DNA of 25,021 nucleotides from Candidatus Woesearchaeota archaeon (lineage in GTDB: Archaea; Nanobdellota; Nanobdellia; Woesearchaeales; SKGA01): positions 1 to 25,021 of the forward strand of contig JAFGOT010000009.1 of the NCBI GenBank assembly GCA_016926395.1, read 5' to 3'. The position numbers were made by a program, and so were the translations under genes. The notes beneath the pieces are model-generated. The model did no database searches. It had not been told where the DNA came from and was given only the letters and a program-made list of their open reading frames with translations. Shown in pieces: positions 1 through 8,006 of this stretch. Position 1 is the stretch's first letter. Every line of letters begins with the position of its first letter.

Positions 1-8
1 ATACTCAT
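1..8 (-). CDS. Probable start of 50S ribosomal protein uL15 (runs off the window edge)
   Basis: ATG at 8 with GAGGA SD at 20-16, directly after the uL30 stop. Identity inferred only from the conserved L30-L15-secY order. Confidence 0.4.
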
Positions 9-18
9 TTTCTTGTCC

Positions 19-378
19 TCACATCATTTTAGTAAGCAATAAGTTAATTGCTTCTTTTCGATCTCCAAGAGCTCCGCCATTAACAAAAGACTTCTTGATA
101 CCTTTTCGTTCAAAGCCGCCTTTTGGTGGTGCTAGGAAATAAACTTCTTTATTATCATCTTTTCTTCGTTTAGCAGCAAGTTCTTTTAGAACATCATCAC
201 TAACTTCGCCAAAAGTAACATAATCTTGAACTTTTTGAAGCATTCCTCTAGTAACTTGAGTGTCTTCAATAATTGCACAAGCATGTTTTTTTCTAAGATT
301 TAGATAAAAAAGAGTTTCTTTAATATCATGTCTAATACCAACAAGACCTCTAACAAGGATAACAGCGATTTTACTCAT
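19..378 (-). CDS. rpl30: 50S ribosomal protein uL30 (short, 119 aa)
   Basis: IAVILVRG...TLFYLNLRKKH...GMLQKVQDYVTFGE...LAPPKGGFERKGIKKSFVNGGALG. GAGGTGA SD at 391-385. Follows uS5. Confidence 0.96.
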   Translation of the reverse strand: MSKIAVILVRGLVGIRHDIKETLFYLNLRKKHACAIIEDTQVTRGMLQKVQDYVTFGEVSDDVLKELAAKRRKDDNKEVYFLAPPKGGFERKGIKKSFVNGGALGDRKEAINLLLTKMM

Positions 379-1261
379 CTTGTTTCACCTCAGTATCAGC
401 GGACTGTTTAACAGCTGTTGATTTATCAGACTTTTTAGCAACTTTTTTAGGTTTATCAGCACTATCTTCTTTTGCTGTTTCAAGAACGTTTTCAGATTCT
501 TGAGAACTAATAGCAGACTTAGCCACACTACCTTCAACGATTGCAAGTCTATTTCTATGTGCATCAGAAACACTAACTTGGTTAAGTCTCATAAGTGCTT
601 GCATAGTTGCTTTAATAACATTCAATTTGTTTTTTGTTTGACCTGTACTTTTAGACCAAACATTTTGAATACCAGCCATGTCTAAGATTTTTGCAACTTC
701 TTTGTCACAAATTAAACCTTTACCTTTTGGAGCAGGCATTAATTTGATTCTATAAGAACCACAACTACCTTCAACAGCAAAAGGAATACTGTGAGGTTCA
801 GTGCTTTGATCTTCCCAAGAGCCAGTACCCCGTCTTATAACCATCATGTTAAGTTTCGCAGCAGCAAAAGCTTTTTCTCTTGCAGGAACAGTTTCTTTGG
901 ACTTACCATAACCCACACCAACATGACCGTTTTTATCACCAACAACAGCGAAAGTTGCAAACTTAGGTTTGTTACCTTCTCGTGTTTTCTTCTGTGTTTG
1001 ACGGAAAACTCTTCGTTGACCACCACCAAATTTACCCTTAGCTTGACCAATAAGTAATAATTCAGATTCAGTTTTCAAAAGAGAGTCAACAATTTCAGGT
1101 TCTAAAATTCGTTTACCTGAACCAAGAATTTCATCGATGTTTTTAATTTCGCCAGATTTAACCAATTTACCTAATTCGGTTTTTGGAACCCACTGAGCAG
1201 CATCAAATTCTTGACGTTGATTGTTTTGGGACGTGTTTTGTTTTTTATCTTTTTTTTGCAT
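371..1261 (-). CDS. rps5: 30S ribosomal protein uS5 with charged C-terminal tail
   Basis: WVPKTELGKLVKSG, QTQKKTREGNKPKF, GHVGVG, RRGTGSWE motifs. Start moved from GTG 1270 (which is the AGGTG SD) to ATG 1261. Confidence 0.98.
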   Translation of the reverse strand: MQKKDKKQNTSQNNQRQEFDAAQWVPKTELGKLVKSGEIKNIDEILGSGKRILEPEIVDSLLKTESELLLIGQAKGKFGGGQRRVFRQTQKKTREGNKPKFATFAVVGDKNGHVGVGYGKSKETVPAREKAFAAAKLNMMVIRRGTGSWEDQSTEPHSIPFAVEGSCGSYRIKLMPAPKGKGLICDKEVAKILDMAGIQNVWSKSTGQTKNKLNVIKATMQALMRLNQVSVSDAHRNRLAIVEGSVAKSAISSQESENVLETAKEDSADKPKKVAKKSDKSTAVKQSADTEVKQDE

Positions 1262-1274
1262 TCTATCCACCTAA

Positions 1275-1832
1275 TTAAAGACTAAGAATTTTAGCCTTAA
1301 CTTTAGCAAAAACTTCACTCATTTTAGATGCATCAAGTTTTGCTTTTTTATAGCCAGTAAAACTTGCATGAAGATCTTTAGCATCTTCTATGTGTTTACC
1401 AGATATTCTTTCTTCACTAGGAAAAATACTGTCGCTGCTAGGGACGTCTACACCTGCATCAACAACACCTTTCAAAGCTGCATACACTTTTGAACCAGCA
1501 ATAGGAGTTCTTAACCCCATATCAAGAATTGCGTCAGTTACTCCTGCTTTTTTAGCTAGAGCACCAGCAGCAAGACCTGCTAAGTAATTTGCTGGAATTG
1601 ATTTTTTTGAAAAATCCCATCCGTAAGTTGATAACTTATTAGAGCTAAAAGTAACTAAGACTTTATCTCCATCAGGTTGGTACTGAACGAATTGTAAAAG
1701 TGTAGATGTGTTTGATCTTCGGATAACAAGTCGAACTCTATTGCTTTTTAGAAGCTCAAGTCGTTTTTTGTAGTGAGTTCTACCTTCTCGTTTTCGTCTA
1801 AAAGATACTGTGTAAATTGCGTTTTTTGCCAT
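1275..1832 (-). CDS. rpl18: 50S ribosomal protein uL18
   Basis: FRRKREGRTHYKKRLELLKS, RLVIRRSN, ANYLAGL, AILDMGL, KVYAALKGVVDAGVDVP; operon position. Confidence 0.98.
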   Translation of the reverse strand: MAKNAIYTVSFRRKREGRTHYKKRLELLKSNRVRLVIRRSNTSTLLQFVQYQPDGDKVLVTFSSNKLSTYGWDFSKKSIPANYLAGLAAGALAKKAGVTDAILDMGLRTPIAGSKVYAALKGVVDAGVDVPSSDSIFPSEERISGKHIEDAKDLHASFTGYKKAKLDASKMSEVFAKVKAKILSL

Positions 1833-1839
1833 CTTATAC

Positions 1840-2298
1840 TCACTCCACCTTTTTTAGAGCAATGTTGTGCTCGTTCATATAGATTTTGATGTGTCTTTTA
1901 CTACGGAAGAAACCGCCTTTTGCTTTTCGGTACAAATTTTTGTAACCTGCAGCATCAACAATTTCTTTTTCTTTTAATTCTGCAATGAAAGCTCTTTGAA
2001 CTCGAATTTTAATCATCCATGCGTCTTTTCTAGGAACTATTGCAGTAGCTTTACCCTTTCGTTTACCAAGACCTCTTTGAAGACCTTTAGCTCGTTGAGT
2101 TGCTCTTTTTTTAGCTCTAGCTCGAGAAACACCTTTCTCTTGTTCTTTGATGATAACACCATCATTGATTAAGGATCGAATGTCAGCTTTAGTGATTGCT
2201 TCTTTAATATCAGCAAGTCTATCAGGAGCAAATTTTACTCTGCTAGGAGAACAATCAAGTGCACTTGCTGCTAATCTTTTTTGAACAGATAGTTTCAT
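1840..2298 (-). CDS. rpl19e: 50S ribosomal protein eL19
   Basis: LSVQKRLAASAL, AITKADIRSLINDGVI, GVSRARA, WMIKIRVQR, LYRKAKGGFFRS. ATGA overlap with the eL32 stop. Confidence 0.98.
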   Translation of the reverse strand: MKLSVQKRLAASALDCSPSRVKFAPDRLADIKEAITKADIRSLINDGVIIKEQEKGVSRARAKKRATQRAKGLQRGLGKRKGKATAIVPRKDAWMIKIRVQRAFIAELKEKEIVDAAGYKNLYRKAKGGFFRSKRHIKIYMNEHNIALKKVE

Positions 2299-2897
2299 TG
2301 TTGGTCACCTTTTTGAGTTAAAATTTTGTCGTGCTCTTTTTTTTCAGCAAGCTTTTTTTCTTCGTCAGTCAAATCTGCAGTATTTTGTTTTTCAACACTT
2401 TGCTTGTCGGATTTTTTGTCGGATTTTTTAGCTGCTTTTTCTTTTTCGTCTCGTTTTTTAGCAATAACTTTTTGACGAGATTCTTTTTCTTTTAATTGAG
2501 CTTCCATAGATTTGTTGAATTTTTCTACATCAAGATTTAGAATAACAAATTTCTTTTCAGTTGCTGCTTTTACAACATCTACTCTTTTTCTATTACCAAG
2601 AGTTCGAGAAATTATAATTCCGTCTTTTTTAGGATCAAAAGCATCTAATTCTTTAACTGAAGAAATGACATTTTGAGTTAAACCATCTCTAGTTAAACCA
2701 TAAACTTCTTTTGGAGCTCCGTAACCAGTTGCAATGCCTCTTGCATAACCACGTCTATTAAGTCGTTGTTTACTTTGATGACCTTTTGGACTTCTCCAGG
2801 AAGCCGAAACTCTTACTTTTTTATGAGAATCGTGTCTTCTAAAGTTAGGTTTTCGAGACTTTAGTTTTCGTTTTATTTCTAATAATCTTTCTATCAT
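2295..2897 (-). CDS. rpl32e: 50S ribosomal protein eL32 with long K/E-rich C-terminal extension
   Basis: KPNFRRHDSHKKVRV..SWRSPKGHQSKQR...GYGAP. Start moved to ATG 2897, with AGGTGAG SD at 2908-2902. Confidence 0.96.
   Translation of the reverse strand: MIERLLEIKRKLKSRKPNFRRHDSHKKVRVSASWRSPKGHQSKQRLNRRGYARGIATGYGAPKEVYGLTRDGLTQNVISSVKELDAFDPKKDGIIISRTLGNRKRVDVVKAATEKKFVILNLDVEKFNKSMEAQLKEKESRQKVIAKKRDEKEKAAKKSDKKSDKQSVEKQNTADLTDEEKKLAEKKEHDKILTQKGDQQ
2404..2427. repeat. Exact 12-bp tandem duplication in the eL32 tail (encodes KSDK-KSDK)
   Basis: TTGTCGGATTTT x2, read directly. Confidence 0.85.
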
Positions 2898-2906
2898 TTG
2901 TCTCAC

Positions 2907-3452
2907 CTATACATGTTTACCGTCTTTGTCAACAATGTAGATTCCATCTTGAAAGATTCTTCGATCAAAACCATTTCTTCGAGTTAATTTTTCGATAGAA
3001 GCAGCAGCTTGAGAAGTTTTTTCTTTGTCAATTCCTTCTACATCAATCATATCGCCATTAAGTTTAACGGTAACACCTTCTTTGAAGGTCATTGTTCTTG
3101 GAACAGCTTCACCAATAAAGTTTTTTACTTCAAGTGTATTTCCTTTAAGACTTACATTCATAGGGAAGTGACCAGAACAAATTTTTAATTTGTAATGATG
3201 GCCAACGCTTGCGCCTTTGAACATATTCTTAATGTGAGCAACGAAAGTATTCATCATTTTCTTTTCGAAACGAGTGAATTTTGGAGCTAAAAGTTCTACG
3301 CCTTCGCTTGTTACACTAAGTTGAATCTTTGGGTGAAGGAAAGACCGAGTTACAGTTCCCTTTGCACCTTGAATCGACAAAGTTGCGCCGTCAAGGGAAG
3401 CGGATAGGCCCTCAGGAACAGGTACCACTTGTTTTACATTTTCTGTAGCCAT
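2907..3452 (-). CDS. rpl6: 50S ribosomal protein uL6
   Basis: GAKGTVTRSF, AHIKNMFKG, SGHFPMNV, KNFIGE, FDRRIFQDGIYIV. Confidence 0.98.
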   Translation of the reverse strand: MATENVKQVVPVPEGLSASLDGATLSIQGAKGTVTRSFLHPKIQLSVTSEGVELLAPKFTRFEKKMMNTFVAHIKNMFKGASVGHHYKLKICSGHFPMNVSLKGNTLEVKNFIGEAVPRTMTFKEGVTVKLNGDMIDVEGIDKEKTSQAAASIEKLTRRNGFDRRIFQDGIYIVDKDGKHV

Positions 3453-3464
3453 TTTTTCTTTCCT

Positions 3465-3857
3465 CTAATAACAGTAAGAAATTAATCTTCCACCAATGCC
3501 TTTCTCTTTTGCTTCAATGTGAGACATCATTCCTTGATTTGTAGAAATGATTAAGACTCCGAAGTCTCGAGCAGGCAGGAATTGTTTTTCATATCTCTCT
3601 AGTTGATCTGCTTTAACAGAAAAACGAGGTTTAACAACTCCGCATTTATTTAAACTACCAATTAAGCTAACTACAAAATAATTTCCTTTAGAGTCAATTA
3701 CTTCTTCGTAATTACCAATATAACCTTTATCATGCATAATTGATAGAACTGTTTTGATTTGTTTTGAACCATGCTTTGTAGTTATGGAACTTTTACCAAC
3801 GTGAACAGCGTTATCAATTTGTGAAAGGACAGTTGCCAGAGTATCATTTAGTGACAT
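3465..3857 (-). CDS. rps8: 30S ribosomal protein uS8
   Basis: MSLNDTLA, GYIGNYE, LNKCGVVKPRF, FLPARDFGVLIISTNQGMMSH..AKEKGIGGRLISYCY. Start moved to ATG 3857, with GAGGAG SD at 3869-3864. Confidence 0.98.
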   Translation of the reverse strand: MSLNDTLATVLSQIDNAVHVGKSSITTKHGSKQIKTVLSIMHDKGYIGNYEEVIDSKGNYFVVSLIGSLNKCGVVKPRFSVKADQLERYEKQFLPARDFGVLIISTNQGMMSHIEAKEKGIGGRLISYCY

Positions 3858-3867
3858 TTTTTTCTCC

Positions 3868-4098
3868 TCAATTAAATTTCTTGAAACCAAGTTTTAATGC
3901 ATAATCTCTGAAACATTGTCTGCAAACATTAAGACCATACTTTGAAATATGACCGCCTGTTCTACCACAGTTTTCACACTTCTTGGTTGATTCGCCAAAT
4001 TTTCTATCTCTTGGCGTGTTGTGCTTTTCCCATTTTTGATACTTACCTGGTTTGTGACCAATTTGAGCAAGGACTTTGTTATGATCTGAAGTTGTCAT
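3868..4098 (-). CDS. rps14: 30S ribosomal protein uS14 (Zn type, N-terminally extended)
   Basis: CENCG...[20 protein letters not shown] with four Zn ligands. Confidence 0.97.
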   Translation of the reverse strand: MTTSDHNKVLAQIGHKPGKYQKWEKHNTPRDRKFGESTKKCENCGRTGGHISKYGLNVCRQCFRDYALKLGFKKFN

Positions 4099-4101
4099 TT
4101 T

Positions 4102-4614
4102 TTATTCCTCCATTGTTACTCCATAATTCTCTGTTAAGAATTTGATTGCATCTTCTTTAGAGATTAATTGGTGTGTACCAACTTTTGATTTTAGAAGTTT
4201 TCTTCTTTTAACTCTAAAACCTGGTCGAGTTAAAGTTATGGAAACTTGAAGACCAAGAATTCCAACTTCTGTGTCATACTTAACACCAGGGATGTCAACG
4301 TATTCGTGAATACCAAAGGAAATATTTCCATTATTATCAAACCAAGAAGGTTTGATTCTTTTTTCTTTAGCTGCTAAGAATCTAGATGTTAAATCTTTGA
4401 TTTGCTCAGCATCTCGAATAGTAAGTTTGGCACCAATAGGTAAACCAGGTCTAAGACCCCATGCTGCAAGTCTTTTTTGAGTAACAGTTTGAACAGGAGC
4501 AATACCAGTAATGTTTTCAATTAACTTAACTGCCTTTTTCAAAACTTTTTCATCTCGACCAGCACCAATGTTTAAGGTTACTTTTTCAATCCGGATTTCT
4601 TGCATTTTATTCAT
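4102..4614 (-). CDS. rpl5: 50S ribosomal protein uL5
   Basis: MQEIRIEKVTLNIGAG, GLPIGAKLTIR, FDNNGNISFGIHEYVDIPGVKYD..GILGLQV. Confidence 0.98.
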   Translation of the reverse strand: MNKMQEIRIEKVTLNIGAGRDEKVLKKAVKLIENITGIAPVQTVTQKRLAAWGLRPGLPIGAKLTIRDAEQIKDLTSRFLAAKEKRIKPSWFDNNGNISFGIHEYVDIPGVKYDTEVGILGLQVSITLTRPGFRVKRRKLLKSKVGTHQLISKEDAIKFLTENYGVTMEE

Positions 4615-4633
4615 TTGCTTTCACCTTTTCGAA

Positions 4634-5323
4634 CTAGTTTACCTTAAGTAGGGGTTTGTCTTTACCAATAACTACTGCGTAGTCTTTTTGGGTTCGAACA
4701 ACCTTGTCACCAATTTTAATTGTAATTACAGTTTCTTCAACTGCTTCAACAGTTGCAACGTTACCAACTTGAGTACCTTCAATTAAGTAAACTAAAGCTC
4801 CTTTGTCAAGTGGTAAGTGGCTGGTGATTTTTTGTTTTGGAAGTTCTGTAATGACAGAGTCGCCTACTTTGTAAGCATCTTTGTCTACTAAAAAATTTCG
4901 TCCATCCTCAGTGTTAAGTTGGATTTTATTTCCCTTTAGAACTTTTTTCCCAGTTATCTTACATACTTTTTGAGTTGATTCTTTTTCATCGATTTCAATT
5001 AAAGATAATTTGTTTTTGTTAGTAATACAAACTCTATAGTATTTGTTTAATTTAGGAAGAGCAATAGTATCAAAAATACCAACTCCTCGTTTATTATCAT
5101 GAATAGCAGCACCATCAACAAGACAATCTTTGTTATGAAGAACAAACTTTACTTCTTTAACATTATCAACAACTTTAACCATGTCTCTTAAGAAAACAGT
5201 AATTGGAACTTGATGAGTGTCTTTGTGTGCACCAGGCATTGGCCGAGCAACAAAAGTAAGAACTTTTTTACCAATAGGCCAAGTTTTTGGACTTGCTAGT
5301 CGTTTTAGATGATTCTTAACCAT
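4634..5323 (-). CDS. rps4e: 30S ribosomal protein eS4
   Basis: HLKRLASPKTWPI, PMPGAH, KVCKITGK, IQLNTEDGRNF, YKVGDSV. Confidence 0.97.
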   Translation of the reverse strand: MVKNHLKRLASPKTWPIGKKVLTFVARPMPGAHKDTHQVPITVFLRDMVKVVDNVKEVKFVLHNKDCLVDGAAIHDNKRGVGIFDTIALPKLNKYYRVCITNKNKLSLIEIDEKESTQKVCKITGKKVLKGNKIQLNTEDGRNFLVDKDAYKVGDSVITELPKQKITSHLPLDKGALVYLIEGTQVGNVATVEAVEETVITIKIGDKVVRTQKDYAVVIGKDKPLLKVN

Positions 5324-5325
5324 TT

Positions 5326-5727
5326 TTAGTTACTCTCCTTTGTTTCTTTTTTTGCAGCAGAAACATTGAATCTTTTTTTATCATCAGATACTACTGCAGT
5401 AACCACAACATTTGATGCGTGGATAGGATAAAGTGATTTTGCACCATCCTTTTTGATTGTTTCAACACCTACAACGTAGATTTTTTCTCTTGAAACATCC
5501 ACTCTATCAACAGCGCCACTTTTTCCTTTAAATTGACCTCTAAGAACAGTAACAGTATCTCCAGCTCGAACTCGAACTGCATTTACATTATACTTTTTCT
5601 TTAAGTCTTTAGATAAAGGAGCAGATAAGAACCTACCTCTAATGTGAGCAGGTGCATTATGTCTGAATTTTCGCTGTTTTCGAGGCTGGATACTTCGAAG
5701 CCAATTCATTGAAAATACTGATTTCAT
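5326..5727 (-). CDS. rpl24: 50S ribosomal protein uL24
   Basis: SIQPRKQRKF..NAP.H, LSKDLKKKY, VRAGDTVTVLRGQFKG (KOW), PIHASNV. Confidence 0.98.
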   Translation of the reverse strand: MKSVFSMNWLRSIQPRKQRKFRHNAPAHIRGRFLSAPLSKDLKKKYNVNAVRVRAGDTVTVLRGQFKGKSGAVDRVDVSREKIYVVGVETIKKDGAKSLYPIHASNVVVTAVVSDDKKRFNVSAAKKETKESN

Positions 5728-5738
5728 TTTTTTTACTC

Positions 5739-6140
5739 CTAAACAATAATATTTGCAACTTTAGCAACAGCTGGCCATCGACTAGCAGCTTCCTTTGCAA
5801 TAGGACCTTTAAAGATTGTACCTTTTGGGTTACCTTTTTCATCTTTTAATACAACAATAGCGTTATCTTCAAAAGTTACTCTTGTTCCATCTGGTCGCCG
5901 GTATTCTTTTTTTTGTCTAACAACAACACCAAAAACAACAGTTTTTCTCATGTCTGGTCGGCCTTTTTTAACAGCACAAACAACCATGTCTCCAACTCCT
6001 GCACCAGGAACTCTACCTTTAACAGTTTTTTTTCTTTTAACGCCAGTAATTTTGACAATTTTTGCTCCAGAGTTATCACAGGTTTCAACTATAGAGCCAA
6101 CTTGTAAACCATTTGTTACGTTTGCTTTGATTGCTTTCAT
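5739..6140 (-). CDS. rpl14: 50S ribosomal protein uL14
   Basis: CDNSGAKIV, AGVGDMV, VKKGRPDMRK, VRQKKEYRRPDGTRVTFEDNA, KGPIAKEAA.RWP. Confidence 0.99.
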   Translation of the reverse strand: MKAIKANVTNGLQVGSIVETCDNSGAKIVKITGVKRKKTVKGRVPGAGVGDMVVCAVKKGRPDMRKTVVFGVVVRQKKEYRRPDGTRVTFEDNAIVVLKDEKGNPKGTIFKGPIAKEAASRWPAVAKVANIIV

Positions 6141-6150
6141 AGTTATTCAC

Positions 6151-6420
6151 CTATTCTTGATCTAAAGACTCTAAAATTTCCACAACAGTGAAGTTTTTAG
6201 TTTTGGAAAGTGGTCGAACTTCTTTAATTCGAACAATGTCGCCTTCCTTTGCATTGATTTCATCAGGGTTGTGTGCTGAAACTTTTGATCGTCTTTTTGT
6301 ATAACGATTAAATTTTGGAATAAGAACTCTTCGTTCCCATTCTACAACAACAGTTCGGTGCATTTTTGCACTCACAACCTTGCCAACAAATGATTTTCCT
6401 CTTGTACTAATGGATTGCAT
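6151..6420 (-). CDS. rps17: 30S ribosomal protein uS17 (short)
   Basis: RGKSFVGKVVSAKMHRTVVVE, RRSKVSAHNP, GDIVRIKEVRPLSKTKNF. Start probably ATG 6420 (GAGGA SD at 6433-6429); alternative 6444. Confidence 0.96.
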   Translation of the reverse strand: MQSISTRGKSFVGKVVSAKMHRTVVVEWERRVLIPKFNRYTKRRSKVSAHNPDEINAKEGDIVRIKEVRPLSKTKNFTVVEILESLDQE

Positions 6421-6440
6421 TATTATTTTCCTCGTTTGTT

Positions 6441-6686
6441 TCATGAATTTTTTTTAATTCTTTCTTCAATTCGTTTAGCGATGTCATCACCGCAAACAAT
6501 TTGTTTGTTTATTTCAAACTTGGTTCCTTTTTTCAATATGATTTTCCGTTTCCCAGCGACATCAATGACGAAAGAGTTCTTTGTCTCATCAAGGATGATT
6601 CCTACGGTTCCAATGTAAGATTCGTTTGAAGAGGAGAGGATCTCTACTTTCTTGCCGATGAATGGAAGGGAATTTTTAGCGACCAA
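6441..6686 (-). CDS. rnp1: RNase P protein component 1 (Rpp29/Pop4)
   Basis: IGKKVEILSSSNESYIGTVGIILDETKNSF...KKGTKFEI...GDDIAKRIEERIKK; canonical slot between SUI1 and uS17. Start inferred as TTG 6686, with a GAGGT SD inside the sui1 3' end. Confidence 0.88.
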   Translation of the reverse strand: MVAKNSLPFIGKKVEILSSSNESYIGTVGIILDETKNSFVIDVAGKRKIILKKGTKFEINKQIVCGDDIAKRIEERIKKNS

Positions 6687-6999
6687 TTTTGTTGTCAACC
6701 TCAATTGATTCAGGATTAAAACCCATTGCAACAAGTGCGTCTTTAATGGTTTTTATGTGATTACCCTGAAGTTCAACAAAGTCTTTTTTTGCAGTACCAC
6801 CGCATGCAAATTTGTTTTTTAGTTTTTTAGTAACATCTTTTACATCAACGTCACTTGGATTCAAACCTTCAACAACAGTATATTGCTTGCCGAACTTTTT
6901 TTTGATGATTCTAACAACAATTTTTTGACCTTCCTTTGCAATATTATCCCAAGCGGATAATTCCATTGGAAGACCAGTTATTGGATCAAACTCAACCAT
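6676..6999 (-). CDS. sui1: Translation initiation factor aIF1 (SUI1)
   Basis: KKKFGKQYTVVEGL, KKLKNKFACGGT, ELQGNH. Confidence 0.96.
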   Translation of the reverse strand: MVEFDPITGLPMELSAWDNIAKEGQKIVVRIIKKKFGKQYTVVEGLNPSDVDVKDVTKKLKNKFACGGTAKKDFVELQGNHIKTIKDALVAMGFNPESIEVDNKIGR

Positions 7000-7002
7000 T
7001 TT

Positions 7003-7236
7003 TTATTTTTTCTCCGCAACATCAACTTCTTTTGAAGAACTAGAAGCAGATTGCTTTTGGTTCTCTAAAGTTAATACTCGCGCAATAGTTTTTTTTAGTT
7101 GTTTAATTCGGCCAGGACTTTTAGGAGTTGTTCCTGTAGCTGACTGACCATTAAGTTTGATTAGTTCTGCTTTGGATTCAGTAACAGTTTTTTTTCTGTC
7201 TGCATCGCTCATGCTAGCTATATCTTTGAATTTCAT
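7003..7236 (-). CDS. rpl29: 50S ribosomal protein uL29
   Basis: MKFKDIASMS...ELIKL...PGRIKQLKKTIARVLT; position after uS3. Confidence 0.94.
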   Translation of the reverse strand: MKFKDIASMSDADRKKTVTESKAELIKLNGQSATGTTPKSPGRIKQLKKTIARVLTLENQKQSASSSSKEVDVAEKK

Positions 7237-8006
7237 TGTGCGTCACCTTCAACAACAGGTTCTTCGGATTTTTTGGAATCTTTAGTCTCTGTTTTTTTGG
7301 TTGCCTTTTTAGAAGCTTTTTTAGAAGCTTTCTTTTTTGGTTTTTCTTCGTTGTCGTCCTTAACAACAGGAGTGTTAACTTCTTCAACGATTGGACCTGA
7401 AGTCGCATCATTATAGTCAAAAGTTATTTGATCTGGAAGTTTTGTAGTTCCAGGCATGATTCGAACTTGAACACCAACAACACCAGTTTTTAGACAAGCA
7501 AATGTTTTGCTAGTATCAACACCAGTAATCGCAATATCACCACATTTCTTCATGTAACCATCAGCAAATCGCCAAGTTTTAGCTCTTGAAGAAGGAATCT
7601 TTCCAGAAATAAGAACTTCAACACCAAGTGCGCCAGCTCTCATTACAGATTCTAATGATTTGTGTCCAATACCTTTAAATCTTTGAGTACCAAATCTTTC
7701 TAATTGACTTACAATAGATTCTGCAACAACTCCTGCGTCTAAACTAAAGTCTTTGATTTCTTCAATTTCGATTTGAGGATTTTCAAGATGAAATTTTGTT
7801 TTAAGATCAGAAGTTAAACGTTGAATAGTTGAACCTCCTCGACCAACAACAAGTCCAGGTCTTGAAGCAGAGATAACAAGTCGTTCACCAAGACTGGTTC
7901 TTTGTAATTTAACATTACTTAAACCAACTCGACTTAGAGTTTTCTTAACGTACTCTTTGATTTGAAATTCTTTGAAATTTTGAGATACGAATTTTCGTTC
8001 AATCAT
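7233..8006 (-). CDS. rps3: 30S ribosomal protein uS3 with K/E-rich tail
   Basis: KH domain RPGLVVGRGG, GALGVEVLISGKI..RAK, GYMKKCG, GVVGVQVRIM. Confidence 0.98.
   Translation of the reverse strand: MIERKFVSQNFKEFQIKEYVKKTLSRVGLSNVKLQRTSLGERLVISASRPGLVVGRGGSTIQRLTSDLKTKFHLENPQIEIEEIKDFSLDAGVVAESIVSQLERFGTQRFKGIGHKSLESVMRAGALGVEVLISGKIPSSRAKTWRFADGYMKKCGDIAITGVDTSKTFACLKTGVVGVQVRIMPGTTKLPDQITFDYNDATSGPIVEEVNTPVVKDDNEEKPKKKASKKASKKATKKTETKDSKKSEEPVVEGDAQ
7306..7329. repeat. Exact 12-bp tandem duplication in the uS3 tail (KKAS repeats)
   Basis: TTTTTAGAAGCT x2; protein reads KKASKKASKKATKK. Confidence 0.85.
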
